Shown here one piece after another: positions 35,751 through 50,070 of a stretch of DNA of 64,000 nt (its first letter is position 1; each line of letters begins with the position of its first letter). Source of the DNA: Escherichia coli. Lineage in GTDB: Bacteria > Pseudomonadota > Gammaproteobacteria > Enterobacterales > Enterobacteriaceae. The stretch is from assembly GCF_003334765.1 (NCBI RefSeq), contig NZ_QOWT01000004.1, one strand, 5' to 3'. The notes below the pieces were generated by a model that ran no database searches, was not told the origin of the DNA, and saw only the letters and a list, made by a program, of their open reading frames with translations. The position numbers and the translations under genes were made by a program.

Positions 35751-35987
35751 ATGAGCACTATCGAAGAACGCGTTAAGAAAATTATCGGCGAACAGCTGGG
35801 CGTTAAGCAGGAAGAAGTTACCAACAATGCTTCTTTCGTTGAAGACCTGGGCGCGGATTCTCTTGACACCGTTGAGCTGGTAATGGCTCTGGAAGAAGAG
35901 TTTGATACTGAGATTCCGGACGAAGAAGCTGAGAAAATCACCACCGTTCAGGCTGCCATTGATTACATCAACGGCCACCAGGCGTAA
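35751..35987 (+). CDS. acpP: Acyl carrier protein, 78 aa
   Basis: ORF-track protein [51 protein letters not shown]... with DSLD phosphopantetheine site. Confidence 0.98.
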
Positions 35988-35997
35988 GTGAACATCT

Positions 35998-36034
35998 CCA
36001 GGCGGTCGTTCGACCGCCTGAGTTTTATCTTTTT
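35998..36034 (+). terminator. Rho-independent terminator downstream of acpP
   Basis: Hairpin CAGGCGGTCG / CGACCGCCTG followed by AGTTTTATCTTTTT. Confidence 0.7.
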
Positions 36035-36044
36035 GTCCCACTAG

Positions 36045-37316
<1,272 letters not shown>

Positions 37317-37337
37317 GTTGTCATTTTCCACCCTTAT

Positions 37338-37364
37338 AAAAGGTCCGCTTGCGGGCCTTTTTTC
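37338..37364 (+). terminator. Rho-independent terminator downstream of fabF
   Basis: Near-palindrome AGGTCCGC-TT-GCGGGCCT followed by TTTTTT. Confidence 0.7.
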
Positions 37365-37435
37365 TTAGCTTTTATTCCGACTTGTTCCGTAGTGAACATG
37401 CTGCCACACTAACAATTCTCTGATAAGGAGCCGGT

Positions 37436-38245
37436 ATGTTCTTAATTAACGGTCATAAGCAGGAATCGCTGGCAGTAAGCGATCGGGCAACGCAGTTTGG
37501 TGATGGTTGTTTTACCACCGCCAGAGTTATCGACGGTAAAGTCAGTTTGTTATCGGCGCATATCCAGCGACTACAGGATGCTTGTCAGCGGTTGATGATT
37601 TCCTGTGACTTCTGGCCTCAGCTTGAACAAGAGATGAAAACGCTGGCAGCAGAACAGCAAAATGGTGTGCTGAAAGTCGTGATCAGTCGCGGTAGTGGCG
37701 GGCGAGGGTACAGCACATTGAACAGCGGACCGGCAACGCGGATTCTCTCCGTTACGGCTTATCCTGCACATTACGACCGTTTGCGTAACGAGGGGATTAC
37801 GTTGGCGCTAAGCCCGGTGCGGCTGGGGCGCAATCCTCATCTTGCAGGTATTAAACATCTCAATCGTCTTGAGCAAGTATTGATTCGCTCTCATCTTGAG
37901 CAGACAAACGCTGATGAGGCGCTGGTCCTTGACAGCGAAGGGTGGGTTACGGAATGCTGTGCGGCTAATTTGTTCTGGCGGAAGGGCAACGTAGTTTATA
38001 CGCCGCGACTGGATCAGGCAGGTGTTAACGGCATTATGCGACAATTCTGTATCCGTTTGCTGGCACAATCCTCTTATCAGCTTGTCGAAGTGCAAGCCTC
38101 TCTGGAAGAGTCGTTGCAGGCAGATGAGATGGTTATTTGTAATGCGTTAATGCCAGTGATGCCCGTATGTGCCTGTGGCGATGTCTCCTTTTCGTCAGCA
38201 ACGTTATATGAATATTTAGCCCCACTTTGTGAGCGCCCGAATTAG
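37436..38245 (+). CDS. pabC: Aminodeoxychorismate lyase PabC, 269 aa
   Basis: ORF-track protein [50 protein letters not shown]... Confidence 0.93.
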
Positions 38246-38247
38246 TC

Positions 38248-39270
38248 ATGAAAAAAGTGTTATTGATAATCTTGTTATTGCTGGTGGTACTGGGTATCGC
38301 CGCTGGTGTGGGCGTCTGGAAGGTTCGCCATCTTGCCGACAGCAAATTGCTTATCAAAGAAGAGACGATATTTACCCTGAAGCCAGGGACCGGACGTCTG
38401 GCGCTCGGTGAACAGCTTTATGCCGATAAGATCATCAATCGTCCACGGGTTTTTCAATGGCTGCTGCGTATCGAACCGGATCTTTCTCACTTTAAAGCCG
38501 GGACTTACCGCTTTACACCGCAGATGACCGTGCGCGAGATGCTGAAATTGCTGGAAAGCGGTAAAGAAGCACAGTTCCCTCTGCGACTGGTAGAAGGGAT
38601 GCGTCTGAGCGATTACCTCAAGCAATTGCGTGAGGCCCCGTATATCAAGCATACGCTGAGCGATGATAAGTACGCCACCGTAGCGCAGGCACTTGAACTG
38701 GAAAACCCGGAGTGGATTGAAGGTTGGTTCTGGCCAGACACCTGGATGTATACCGCCAATACCACCGATGTCGCGTTACTCAAGCGAGCGCACAAGAAAA
38801 TGGTGAAAGCGGTCGATAGCGCCTGGGAAGGGCGTGCGGACGGTCTGCCTTATAAAGATAAAAACCAGTTGGTGACGATGGCATCAATTATCGAAAAAGA
38901 AACCGCCGTTGCCAGTGAACGCGATAAGGTTGCCTCAGTATTTATCAACCGTTTACGCATTGGTATGCGCCTGCAGACCGACCCGACCGTGATTTACGGG
39001 ATGGGAGAGCGTTATAATGGCAAACTTTCTCGTGCAGACCTGGAAACGCCGACAGCGTATAACACCTATACCATTACCGGTCTGCCGCCAGGTGCGATAG
39101 CGACGCCGGGGGCGGATTCGCTGAAGGCTGCTGCGCATCCGGCAAAAACGCCGTATCTCTATTTTGTGGCCGATGGTAAAGGTGGTCACACGTTTAATAC
39201 CAATCTTGCCAGTCATAACAAGTCTGTGCAGGATTATCTGAAAGTGCTTAAGGAAAAAAATGCGCAGTAA
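38248..39270 (+). CDS. mltG: Endolytic murein transglycosylase MltG (YceG), 340 aa
   Basis: ORF-track protein [47 protein letters not shown]... (YceG-like fold, N-terminal TM helix). Confidence 0.93.
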
Positions 39271-39901
39271 GTATATCGTCATTGAGGGGCTGGAAGGCGC
39301 AGGCAAAACTACCGCGCGTAATGTGGTGGTTGAGACGCTCGAGCAACTGGGTATCCGCGACATGGTTTTCACTCGGGAACCTGGCGGTACGCAACTTGCC
39401 GAAAAGTTAAGAAGCCTGGTGCTGGATATCAAATCGGTAGGCGATGAAGTCATTACCGATAAAGCCGAAGTTCTGATGTTTTATGCCGCGCGCGTTCAAC
39501 TGGTAGAAACGGTCATCAAACCAGCTCTGGCTAACGGCACCTGGGTGATTGGCGATCGCCACGATCTCTCCACTCAGGCGTATCAGGGCGGCGGACGTGG
39601 TATTGACCAACATATGCTGGCAACACTGCGTGATGCTGTTCTCGGGGATTTTCGCCCCGACTTAACGCTCTATCTCGATGTTACCCCGGAAGTTGGCTTA
39701 AAACGCGCGCGTGCGCGCGGCGAGCTGGATCGTATTGAGCAAGAATCTTTCGATTTCTTTAATCGCACCCGCGCCCGCTATCTGGAACTGGCAGCACAAG
39801 ATAAAAGCATTCATACCATTGATGCCACCCAGCCGCTGGAGGCCGTGATGGATGCAATCCGCACTACCGTGACCCACTGGGTGAAGGAGTTGGACGCATG
39901 A
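39260..39901 (+). CDS. tmk: Thymidylate kinase, 213 aa
   Basis: ORF-track protein [44 protein letters not shown]... with P-loop; start overlaps mltG 3' end. Confidence 0.96.
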
Positions 39902-40902
39902 GATGGTATCCATGGTTACGACCTGATTTCGAAAAACTGGTAGCCAGCTATCAGGCCGGAAGAGGTCACCATGCGCTACTCATTCAGGCGTTACCGGGCA
40001 TGGGCGATGATGCTTTAATCTACGCCCTGAGCCGTTATTTACTCTGCCAACAACCGCAGGGCCACAAAAGTTGCGGTCACTGTCGTGGATGTCAGTTGAT
40101 GCAGGCTGGCACGCATCCCGATTACTACACCCTGGCTCCCGAAAAAGGAAAAAATACGCTGGGCGTTGATGCGGTACGTGAGGTCACCGAAAAGCTGAAT
40201 GAGCACGCACGCTTAGGTGGTGCGAAAGTCGTTTGGGTAACCGATGCTGCCTTACTAACCGACGCCGCGGCTAACGCATTGCTGAAAACGCTTGAAGAGC
40301 CACCAGCAGAAACCTGGTTTTTCCTGGCTACCCGCGAGCCTGAACGTTTACTGGCAACATTACGTAGTCGTTGTCGGTTACATTACCTTGCGCCGCCGCC
40401 GGAACAGTACGCCGTGACCTGGCTTTCACGCGAAGTGACAATGTCACAGGATGCATTACTTGCCGCATTGCGCTTAAGCGCCGGTTCGCCTGGCGCGGCA
40501 CTGGCGTTGTTTCAGGGAGATAACTGGCAGGCTCGTGAAACATTGTGTCAGGCGTTGGCATATAGCGTGCCATCGGGCGACTGGTATTCGCTGCTAGCGG
40601 CCCTTAATCATGAACAAGCTCCGGCGCGTTTACACTGGCTGGCAACGTTGCTGATGGATGCGCTAAAACGCCATCATGGTGCTGCGCAGGTGACCAATGT
40701 TGATGTGCCGGGCCTGGTCGCCGAACTGGCAAACCATCTTTCTCCCTCGCGCCTGCAGGCTATACTGGGGGATGTTTGCCACATTCGTGAACAGTTAATG
40801 TCTGTTACAGGCATCAACCGCGAGCTTCTCATCACCGATCTTTTACTGCGTATTGAGCATTACCTGCAACCGGGCGTTGTGCTACCGGTTCCTCATCTTT
40901 AA
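39898..40902 (+). CDS. holB: DNA polymerase III delta-prime subunit HolB, 334 aa
   Basis: ORF-track protein [66 protein letters not shown]...; ATGA overlap with tmk stop. Confidence 0.95.
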
Positions 40903-40912
40903 GAGAGACATC

Positions 40913-41710
40913 ATGTTTTTAGTCGACTCACACTGCCATCTCGATGGTCTGGATTATGAATCTTTGCATAAGGACGTGGATGACGTTCTGGCGAAAGCCG
41001 CCGCACGCGATGTGAAATTTTGTCTGGCAGTCGCCACAACATTACCGGGTTATTTACATATGCGGGATCTGGTAGGCGAACGTGACAACGTCGTATTTTC
41101 TTGTGGCGTGCATCCACTCAACCAGAATGATCCCTACGATGTAGAAGATTTACGCCGTCTGGCGGCAGAAGAGGGTGTTGTAGCGCTGGGTGAAACCGGG
41201 CTGGATTATTATTACACGCCGGAAACTAAAGTACGTCAGCAAGAGTCCTTCATCCATCATATCCAGATTGGTCGTGAACTGAACAAGCCGGTTATCGTCC
41301 ATACCCGTGACGCCCGTGCCGATACGCTGGCAATTCTGCGCGAAGAAAAAGTGACGGATTGCGGTGGCGTACTACACTGTTTTACAGAGGACAGAGAAAC
41401 GGCGGGTAAATTACTGGATCTCGGATTTTACATCTCCTTTTCCGGCATTGTGACCTTCCGTAATGCGGAGCAACTGCGCGATGCTGCGCGTTATGTCCCC
41501 CTGGATCGGTTACTGGTGGAAACTGACTCACCTTACCTTGCGCCGGTACCGCATCGAGGAAAAGAGAATCAACCTGCGATGGTTCGTGACGTTGCAGAAT
41601 ACATGGCTGTGTTGAAAGGTGTTGCCGTTGAAGAACTGGCGCAGGTAACCACCGATAACTTCGCCCGTCTGTTTCACATCGACGCTTCCCGCCTTCAATC
41701 CATCCGTTGA
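40913..41710 (+). CDS. ycfH: TatD-family metal-dependent DNase YcfH, 265 aa
   Basis: ORF 40853-41710; recognised start at internal Met [36 protein letters not shown]... Confidence 0.9.
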
Positions 41711-41859
41711 ATGAGTTTTTTTAAAGCTCGTAATTAATGGCTAAAACGAGTAAAGTTCACCGCCGAAAATTGGGCGGTGAATAACCACGTTTGAAATATT
41801 GTGACATATGTTTTGTCAAAATGTGCAACTTCTCCAATGATCTGAAGTTGAAACGTGAT

Positions 41860-42004
41860 AGCCGTCAAACAAATTGGCACTGAATTATTTTACTCTGTGT
41901 AATAAATAAAGGGCGCTTAGATGCCCTGTACACGGCGAGGCTCTCCCCCCTTGCCACGCGTGAGAACGTAAAAAAAGCACCCATACTCAGGAGCACTCTC
42001 AATT
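41860..42004 (+). promoter_or_regulatory. ptsG promoter and 5' leader region (known targets of Mlc, CRP and the sRNA SgrS)
   Basis: Non-coding region immediately upstream of ptsG; the leader GCACCCAUACUCAGGAGCACUCUCAAUU-AUG contains the RBS segment known to pair with SgrS; individual operator sites not resolved by eye. Confidence 0.5.
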
Positions 42005-43438
42005 ATGTTTAAGAATGCATTTGCTAACCTGCAAAAGGTCGGTAAATCGCTGATGCTGCCGGTATCCGTACTGCCTATCGCAGGTATTCTGCTGGGCGTC
42101 GGTTCCGCGAATTTCAGCTGGCTGCCCGCCGTTGTATCGCATGTTATGGCAGAAGCAGGCGGTTCCGTCTTTGCAAACATGCCACTGATTTTTGCGATCG
42201 GTGTCGCCCTCGGCTTTACCAATAACGATGGCGTATCCGCGCTGGCCGCAGTTGTTGCCTATGGCATCATGGTTAAAACCATGGCCGTGGTTGCGCCACT
42301 GGTACTGCATTTACCTGCTGAAGAAATCGCCTCTAAACACCTGGCGGATACTGGCGTACTCGGAGGGATTATCTCCGGTGCGATCGCAGCGTACATGTTT
42401 AACCGTTTCTACCGTATTAAGCTGCCTGAGTATCTTGGCTTCTTTGCCGGTAAACGCTTTGTGCCGATCATTTCTGGCCTGGCTGCCATCTTTACTGGCG
42501 TTGTGCTGTCCTTCATTTGGCCGCCGATTGGTTCTGCAATCCAGACCTTCTCTCAGTGGGCTGCTTACCAGAACCCGGTAGTTGCGTTTGGCATTTACGG
42601 TTTCATCGAACGTTGCCTGGTACCGTTTGGTCTGCACCACATCTGGAACGTACCTTTCCAGATGCAGATTGGTGAATACACCAACGCAGCAGGTCAGGTT
42701 TTCCACGGCGACATTCCGCGTTATATGGCGGGTGACCCGACTGCGGGTAAACTGTCTGGTGGCTTCCTGTTCAAAATGTACGGTCTGCCAGCTGCCGCAA
42801 TTGCTATCTGGCACTCTGCTAAACCAGAAAACCGCGCGAAAGTGGGCGGTATTATGATCTCCGCGGCGCTGACCTCGTTCCTGACCGGTATCACCGAGCC
42901 GATCGAGTTCTCCTTCATGTTCGTTGCGCCGATCCTGTACATCATCCACGCGATTCTGGCAGGCCTGGCATTCCCAATCTGTATTCTTCTGGGGATGCGT
43001 GACGGTACGTCGTTCTCGCACGGTCTGATCGACTTCATCGTTCTGTCTGGTAACAGCAGCAAACTGTGGCTGTTCCCGATCGTCGGTATCGGTTATGCGA
43101 TTGTTTACTACACCATCTTCCGCGTGCTGATTAAAGCACTGGATCTGAAAACGCCGGGTCGTGAAGACGCGACTGAAGATGCAAAAGCGACAGGTACCAG
43201 CGAAATGGCACCGGCTCTGGTTGCTGCATTTGGTGGTAAAGAAAACATTACTAACCTCGACGCATGTATTACCCGTCTGCGCGTCAGCGTTGCTGATGTG
43301 TCTAAAGTGGATCAGGCCGGCCTGAAGAAACTGGGCGCAGCGGGCGTAGTGGTTGCTGGTTCTGGTGTTCAGGCGATTTTCGGTACTAAATCCGATAACC
43401 TGAAAACCGAGATGGATGAGTACATCCGTAACCACTAA
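42005..43438 (+). CDS. ptsG: PTS glucose-specific EIICB component PtsG, 477 aa
   Basis: ORF-track protein [53 protein letters not shown]... Confidence 0.97.
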
Positions 43439-43461
43439 TCCGTAAGACGTTGGGGAGACTA

Positions 43462-43486
43462 AGGCAGCCAGATGGCTGCCTTTTTT
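43462..43486 (+). terminator. Rho-independent terminator of ptsG
   Basis: Hairpin GGCAGCC-AGAT-GGCTGCC followed by TTTTTT. Confidence 0.8.
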
Positions 43487-43497
43487 ACAGGTGTTAT

Positions 43498-45687
43498 TCA
43501 GAATTGATACGTGCCGGTAATGCTGAAATTACGCGGTGTGCCGTAGACGATAGAACCTTCCACGTTGGTATCGTAGGTTTTGTCGAACAGGTTATTGACG
43601 TTCCCCTGTAACGAGAAGTTTTTCGTCACCTGGTAGCGGGTGAAGAGATCCACCAGCGCGTAGCTACCTTGCTCGGCGCGGAAGGTGCCATACGGCGTCA
43701 CGGTGTCGGTATACACGCGATTTTGCCAGTTAACACCACCGCCGACCGTCAACTCTGGCATGACAGGCAACCGATAGCTGGTGAACATTTTAACCGTGGT
43801 GCGTGGCAGATTAGGATTAACGGCGTTTCCTTCGTTATCCTCTGCAATATAGCGCGTTGCGCCAAATGTCAGCTGCCAGTTGTCGGTAATTGCGCCGTTG
43901 AGTTCAAATTCCACCCCTTTACTGACTGTCCCATCCACCGCTTTATAGGCGGTTTCGCCGTTGCTGCCGGGGATAGGTGTACCGGTGGACTGAGCGACAT
44001 TATCCTGCTCAATACGGAAGATGGCTAACGTGGTGGTCAGACGGCTATTCATCCAGTCCGATTTCAGACCCAGCTCGTAGTTGTTACCGGTGATTGGAGC
44101 CAGATATTTGCCTGAACTGTCACGATCATTTTGCGGCTGGAAAATAGAGGTATAGCTGGCGTAGGTCGACCAGTTGTCATTGATGTCAAACACCAGACCA
44201 GCGTAAGGCGTGGTGTGGTTTTTCTCCATGCTGTAAGTCAGCGTATCAACCCGCCAGTTGGTATAACGTGCGCCGAGGATCAGATGCAGCGGATCGGCAA
44301 GGGTGACACGAGTGGCAGCATATAACGATTTCATATGTGTGGTATCGTCCTGCGCCAGGCTCTGTGGTGACCAGTCGGTTTGTGGGAAATTGCCATTAAA
44401 GTTGTAGAAACTGCCAATTTCATCCGGGAAGATGTTGGCCCATGAACTGAAGTAACGATTGTTTTGTTTGCTGTAACTGCCACCAAACATTAGATTGTGC
44501 TGACGACCAAACAATTCATAACTACCGTCAGCGAACAAATCCAGCGCATCAACTTTACGTTTGCCACTGTTCCAACCGGTGCCGCCGACATAATCAAAGC
44601 CAGGTCCATAATTACTGTATGGCCCAACCAGCATACCATCCGCTTTGTTTACATAGGCATCGACATACATCATTTTGCTGTCAAATTCGACTTCAGAGTG
44701 GGTGGCATTCAGTGTCGCTTGCCAGGTATCAGCAAACTGCTGCTTCAGGGTCATAAAGACCTTGTTGATCTCTTTATCGTTGTACGCCCAGTCAGGTGCG
44801 GTACTGCGTGCGCGATCGTAACTGTTGCTGCTGCCATCAGTATTCCAGCGCGGTAAACCGCCCCAGGTAGGGCTATTAACATCAATGCGCTGATATTCGT
44901 AACCGGCTGAAAGCGTCGTAAGATCGCCTAAATCAGCATCGACAATGCCCGAGAAGAAGGTCTTTTCACTGTTGTAGCGGTCCAGCCATGAGTCGTTATT
45001 CTGGTAGCCGCCGACAATTCGCGCGCGGATTTTACCGTCTTCGGTGAGTGGGCTTTGTAAATCCGCCACATACCGTTCTTTGTTCCAGCTACCGTATTCC
45101 GCCGAGACATCGCCTTTAAATTCACGACTGGTCGCGTGTTTTCGAACCATATTAATTGCCGCAGATGGATTACCCGTCCCGGTCATGAGTCCTGTCGCGC
45201 CACGCACTACTTCTACGCGTTCAAAGAGTGCCATATCAGAAAGTGCGTCGCCCAGATTCCAGCGCGATTCAAAATAGGTGGGGATACCATCAACCATATA
45301 GTTATCGATCTGGAATCCGCGGGAATAATAAAGAGCACGATCGGAATCCGCCTGACTTTTGCTGATCCCCAGCGTGTTTTCCATCACTTCGCCCAGCGTT
45401 TGTAACTGCTGATCTTCCATCCGCTGCTGGCTAACAATAGTGACCGACTGAGGAATATCACGTTGAGTCATCTGCATTTTGGTACCCGCAGAGGTAGACG
45501 TTACGCTGTAATCATTTTCGCCATCATCTGGAGCTGTGGCTGAACCCTCAACAATCACCGTTTCTTCAGTGGCTGGTGCAGCAAAAGCGGCAGAAGGTAA
45601 TAGTGCCAGTGCTATGCAACCGGCAAGTAGTGACGGTTTGGTGATGGCTTGATATTGATTATCCCTGTTAAATTGTGTTGAAAGCAT
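43498..45687 (-). CDS. fhuE: TonB-dependent outer-membrane receptor FhuE (ferric coprogen/rhodotorulic acid), 729 aa
   Basis: ORF-track protein MLSTQFNRDNQYQAITKPSLLAGCIALALLPSAAFAAPATEETVIVEGSA...; C-terminus ends in aromatic residue (TGTYQF). Confidence 0.95.
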   Translation of the reverse strand: MLSTQFNRDNQYQAITKPSLLAGCIALALLPSAAFAAPATEETVIVEGSATAPDDGENDYSVTSTSAGTKMQMTQRDIPQSVTIVSQQRMEDQQLQTLGEVMENTLGISKSQADSDRALYYSRGFQIDNYMVDGIPTYFESRWNLGDALSDMALFERVEVVRGATGLMTGTGNPSAAINMVRKHATSREFKGDVSAEYGSWNKERYVADLQSPLTEDGKIRARIVGGYQNNDSWLDRYNSEKTFFSGIVDADLGDLTTLSAGYEYQRIDVNSPTWGGLPRWNTDGSSNSYDRARSTAPDWAYNDKEINKVFMTLKQQFADTWQATLNATHSEVEFDSKMMYVDAYVNKADGMLVGPYSNYGPGFDYVGGTGWNSGKRKVDALDLFADGSYELFGRQHNLMFGGSYSKQNNRYFSSWANIFPDEIGSFYNFNGNFPQTDWSPQSLAQDDTTHMKSLYAATRVTLADPLHLILGARYTNWRVDTLTYSMEKNHTTPYAGLVFDINDNWSTYASYTSIFQPQNDRDSSGKYLAPITGNNYELGLKSDWMNSRLTTTLAIFRIEQDNVAQSTGTPIPGSNGETAYKAVDGTVSKGVEFELNGAITDNWQLTFGATRYIAEDNEGNAVNPNLPRTTVKMFTSYRLPVMPELTVGGGVNWQNRVYTDTVTPYGTFRAEQGSYALVDLFTRYQVTKNFSLQGNVNNLFDKTYDTNVEGSIVYGTPRNFSITGTYQF

Positions 45688-46020
45688 TTGAAATCTCTTG
45701 GTTTATGTTGTCGTCAGGCTCATGCCGGAGGAGGGTGATGAGCGATTATATTTAGTGTGCGAATAATTTTGTTTGTAAATGCAAATGAGAAATATACGCA
45801 TTCATATTTGTCATGTAAACCAAACAGAGAATGTCTTTTCAGCGCATTCGCAGGCAGAAATGGGAATAATGGCGATATATACGGCAGCAAAACGATTTTT
45901 TGCTTAAGAAATCGTGAGTTAAGGTTGAAAGAGCAGGTTTAACTCGACCATACTCTATACTCGCAGTGTGGCGCGGCGTAGCATGGCGCAACGCATGGCT
46001 ATTTGAAAAAGGAAAATGTC

Positions 46021-46380
46021 GTGGCAGAAGAAACTATATTCAGCAAAATTATTCGTCGTGAGATCCCCTCCGATATCGTCTACCAGGATGATCTGGTAAC
46101 GGCGTTTCGCGATATTTCGCCGCAAGCGCCAACGCATATTCTGATCATTCCGAATATCCTCATTCCGACTGTGAACGACGTCTCAGCTGAGCATGAGCAG
46201 GCGCTGGGACGCATGATCACCGTAGCGGCAAAAATTGCTGAGCAAGAAGGTATTGCCGAAGATGGCTATCGTCTGATCATGAATACCAACCGCCATGGCG
46301 GACAAGAGGTTTACCACATCCATATGCACTTGTTGGGTGGCCGTCCGCTGGGACCAATGCTGGCGCATAAAGGTCTGTAA
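46021..46380 (+). CDS. hinT: HIT-family purine nucleoside phosphoramidase HinT, 119 aa, GTG start
   Basis: ORF 46003-46380; recalled protein begins (M)[23 protein letters not shown] at GTG 46021; HIT motif HIHMHLLGG present. Confidence 0.9.
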   Translation: MAEETIFSKIIRREIPSDIVYQDDLVTAFRDISPQAPTHILIIPNILIPTVNDVSAEHEQALGRMITVAAKIAEQEGIAEDGYRLIMNTNRHGGQEVYHIHMHLLGGRPLGPMLAHKGL

Positions 46381-46382
46381 CG

Positions 46383-46760
46383 ATGAGAAAAGGATGCTTT
46401 GGGCTGGTGTCTCTGGTGTTGTTACTGCTGGTGGGCTGTCGTTCACATCCGGAAATTCCGGTGAATGATGAGCAATCGCTGGTGATGGAGTCATCTTTAT
46501 TGGCTGCGGGCATCAGTGCAGAAAAGCCCTTCCTTTCGACGTCTGATATTCAACCTTCAGCATCCTCAACGCTTTATAACGAAAGGCAAGAACCCGTTAC
46601 CGTTCATTATCGTTTTTACTGGTATGACGCCAGAGGGCTGGAGATGCATCCTCTGGAAAGGCCACGCAGCGTTACCATTCCCGCACATTCGGCGGTAACG
46701 CTGTACGGCAGCGCCAATTTTCTGGGGGCGCACAAAGTCAGACTTTATCTATATTTGTAA
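46383..46760 (+). CDS. ycfL: Lipoprotein YcfL (DUF1425), 125 aa
   Basis: ORF-track protein MRKGCFGLVSLVLLLLVGCRSHPEIPVNDEQ... with lipobox LVGC. Confidence 0.88.
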   Translation: MRKGCFGLVSLVLLLLVGCRSHPEIPVNDEQSLVMESSLLAAGISAEKPFLSTSDIQPSASSTLYNERQEPVTVHYRFYWYDARGLEMHPLERPRSVTIPAHSAVTLYGSANFLGAHKVRLYLYL

Positions 46761-46773
46761 GGGGTGAATCTTG

Positions 46774-47395
46774 ATGACAAAAATGAGTCGCTACGCCTTG
46801 ATTACCGCGCTGGCGATGTTTCTCGCCGGGTGTGTGGGGCAACGTGAACCTGCACCGGTAGAAGAAGTGAAACCAGCGCCGGAACAACCAGCCGAGCCAC
46901 AACAGCCTGTCCCCACAGTGCCCTCGGTGCCGACGATCCCGCAGCAGCCAGGCCCAATTGAGCACGAAGATCAAACTGCACCGCCTGCGCCGCATATTCG
47001 CCATTATGACTGGAATGGCGCAATGCAGCCGATGGTCAGTAAGATGCTTGGGGCTGACGGGGTGACTGCGGGTAGCGTCCTGCTGGTTGATAGCGTTAAC
47101 AACCGTACTAACGGTTCGCTGAATGCCGCAGAAGCGACCGAAACGCTGCGAAATGCGCTGGCTAATAACGGGAAATTTACCCTGGTTTCCGCCCAGCAAC
47201 TGTCGATGGCGAAGCAACAGTTAGGTTTGTCGCCGCAGGACAGTTTAGGCACCCGTAGTAAAGCCATAGGCATTGCCCGCAATGTCGGCGCTCATTACGT
47301 GCTGTACTCCAGCGCCTCTGGCAACGTTAACGCTCCGACCCTACAAATGCAGCTGATGCTGGTGCAGACGGGCGAAATTATCTGGTCAGGTAAAG

Positions 47396-47415
<20 letters not shown>
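46774..47415 (+). CDS. lpoB: Outer-membrane lipoprotein LpoB (activator of PBP1B), 213 aa
   Basis: ORF 46771-47415; recognised start ATG 46774, [45 protein letters not shown]...; lipobox LAGC then Pro-rich linker. Confidence 0.9.
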
Positions 47416-49256
<1,841 letters not shown>

Positions 49257-49278
49257 CCCTGGCTTATGTGAGGAAGCG

Positions 49279-49821
49279 ATGATTATCTATTTACACGGTT
49301 TTGACTCTAACAGTCCGGGTAACCACGAGAAAGTCTTACAATTGCAGTTTATTGACCCGGATGTACGCTTGATAAGCTACAGTACGCGGCATCCGAAACA
49401 TGATATGCAGCATCTGCTTAAAGAAGTGGACAAAATGTTGCAACTGAACGTTGACGAGCGTCCGCTAATTTGCGGCGTTGGCTTGGGCGGATACTGGGCG
49501 GAACGGATTGGTTTTCTTTGCGACATCCGCCAGGTGATCTTCAACCCTAATTTGTTCCCTTATGAGAACATGGAAGGCAAGATTGATCGCCCGGAAGAGT
49601 ATGCCGATATTGCCACTAAGTGTGTGACCAACTTCCGTGAGAAGAATCGCGATCGTTGCCTGGTGATTTTGTCGCGTAATGATGAAGCGCTTAACAGCCA
49701 GCGGACATCTGAAGAGTTGCATCATTATTACGAGATTGTCTGGGACGAAGAGCAGACGCACAAATTCAAGAATATCTCCCCGCATTTACAGCGCATTAAA
49801 GCGTTCAAAACCCTCGGGTAA
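49279..49821 (+). CDS. ycfP: UPF0227 alpha/beta-hydrolase-fold protein YcfP, 180 aa
   Basis: ORF 49222-49821; recognised start at internal Met [34 protein letters not shown]... Confidence 0.88.
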
Positions 49822-49822
49822 A

Positions 49823-49950
49823 TGCCCTCGTCGCATCAGGTAACCTTGCCGGTACCTGATGCGCTCCGAATTCTGTGGGTCGGATAAGGCGTCCACGCCG
49901 CATCCGACAGTCGAGCATCAATGCCTGATGCGCTTCTTATCAGGCCTACC
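49823..49950. repeat. REP/BIME cluster downstream of ycfP
   Basis: Hairpin GCATCAGGTAACCTTGCCGGTACCTGATGC, then REP-like GGGTCGGATAAGGCGTCCACGCCGCATCCGACAG and GCCTGATGCGCTTCTTATCAGGCCTAC. Confidence 0.75.
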
Positions 49951-50070
49951 GAACGCCCTGCATACACCCCTCACTCTATATCACTCTCACAAATTCGCTC
50001 AAATAATAAACAATAAACTCTGTTTTTTGATCTCACCCGGTAAAGTCGCCTATCTTTTCAGCAACAAAAC

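Noticed and set aside
42311-43435. 374-aa minus-strand ORF antisense to ptsG
   Set aside because: Fully overlapped by the highly conserved ptsG gene; predicted protein is Arg/Val/Cys-rich with no recognisable domain or membrane topology; typical antisense shadow ORF.
45757-45942. 61-aa plus-strand ORF in the fhuE-hinT intergenic region
   Set aside because: No RBS-like sequence at appropriate spacing and no recognisable similarity; the region is better explained as divergent promoter DNA. Only translation data could change this.
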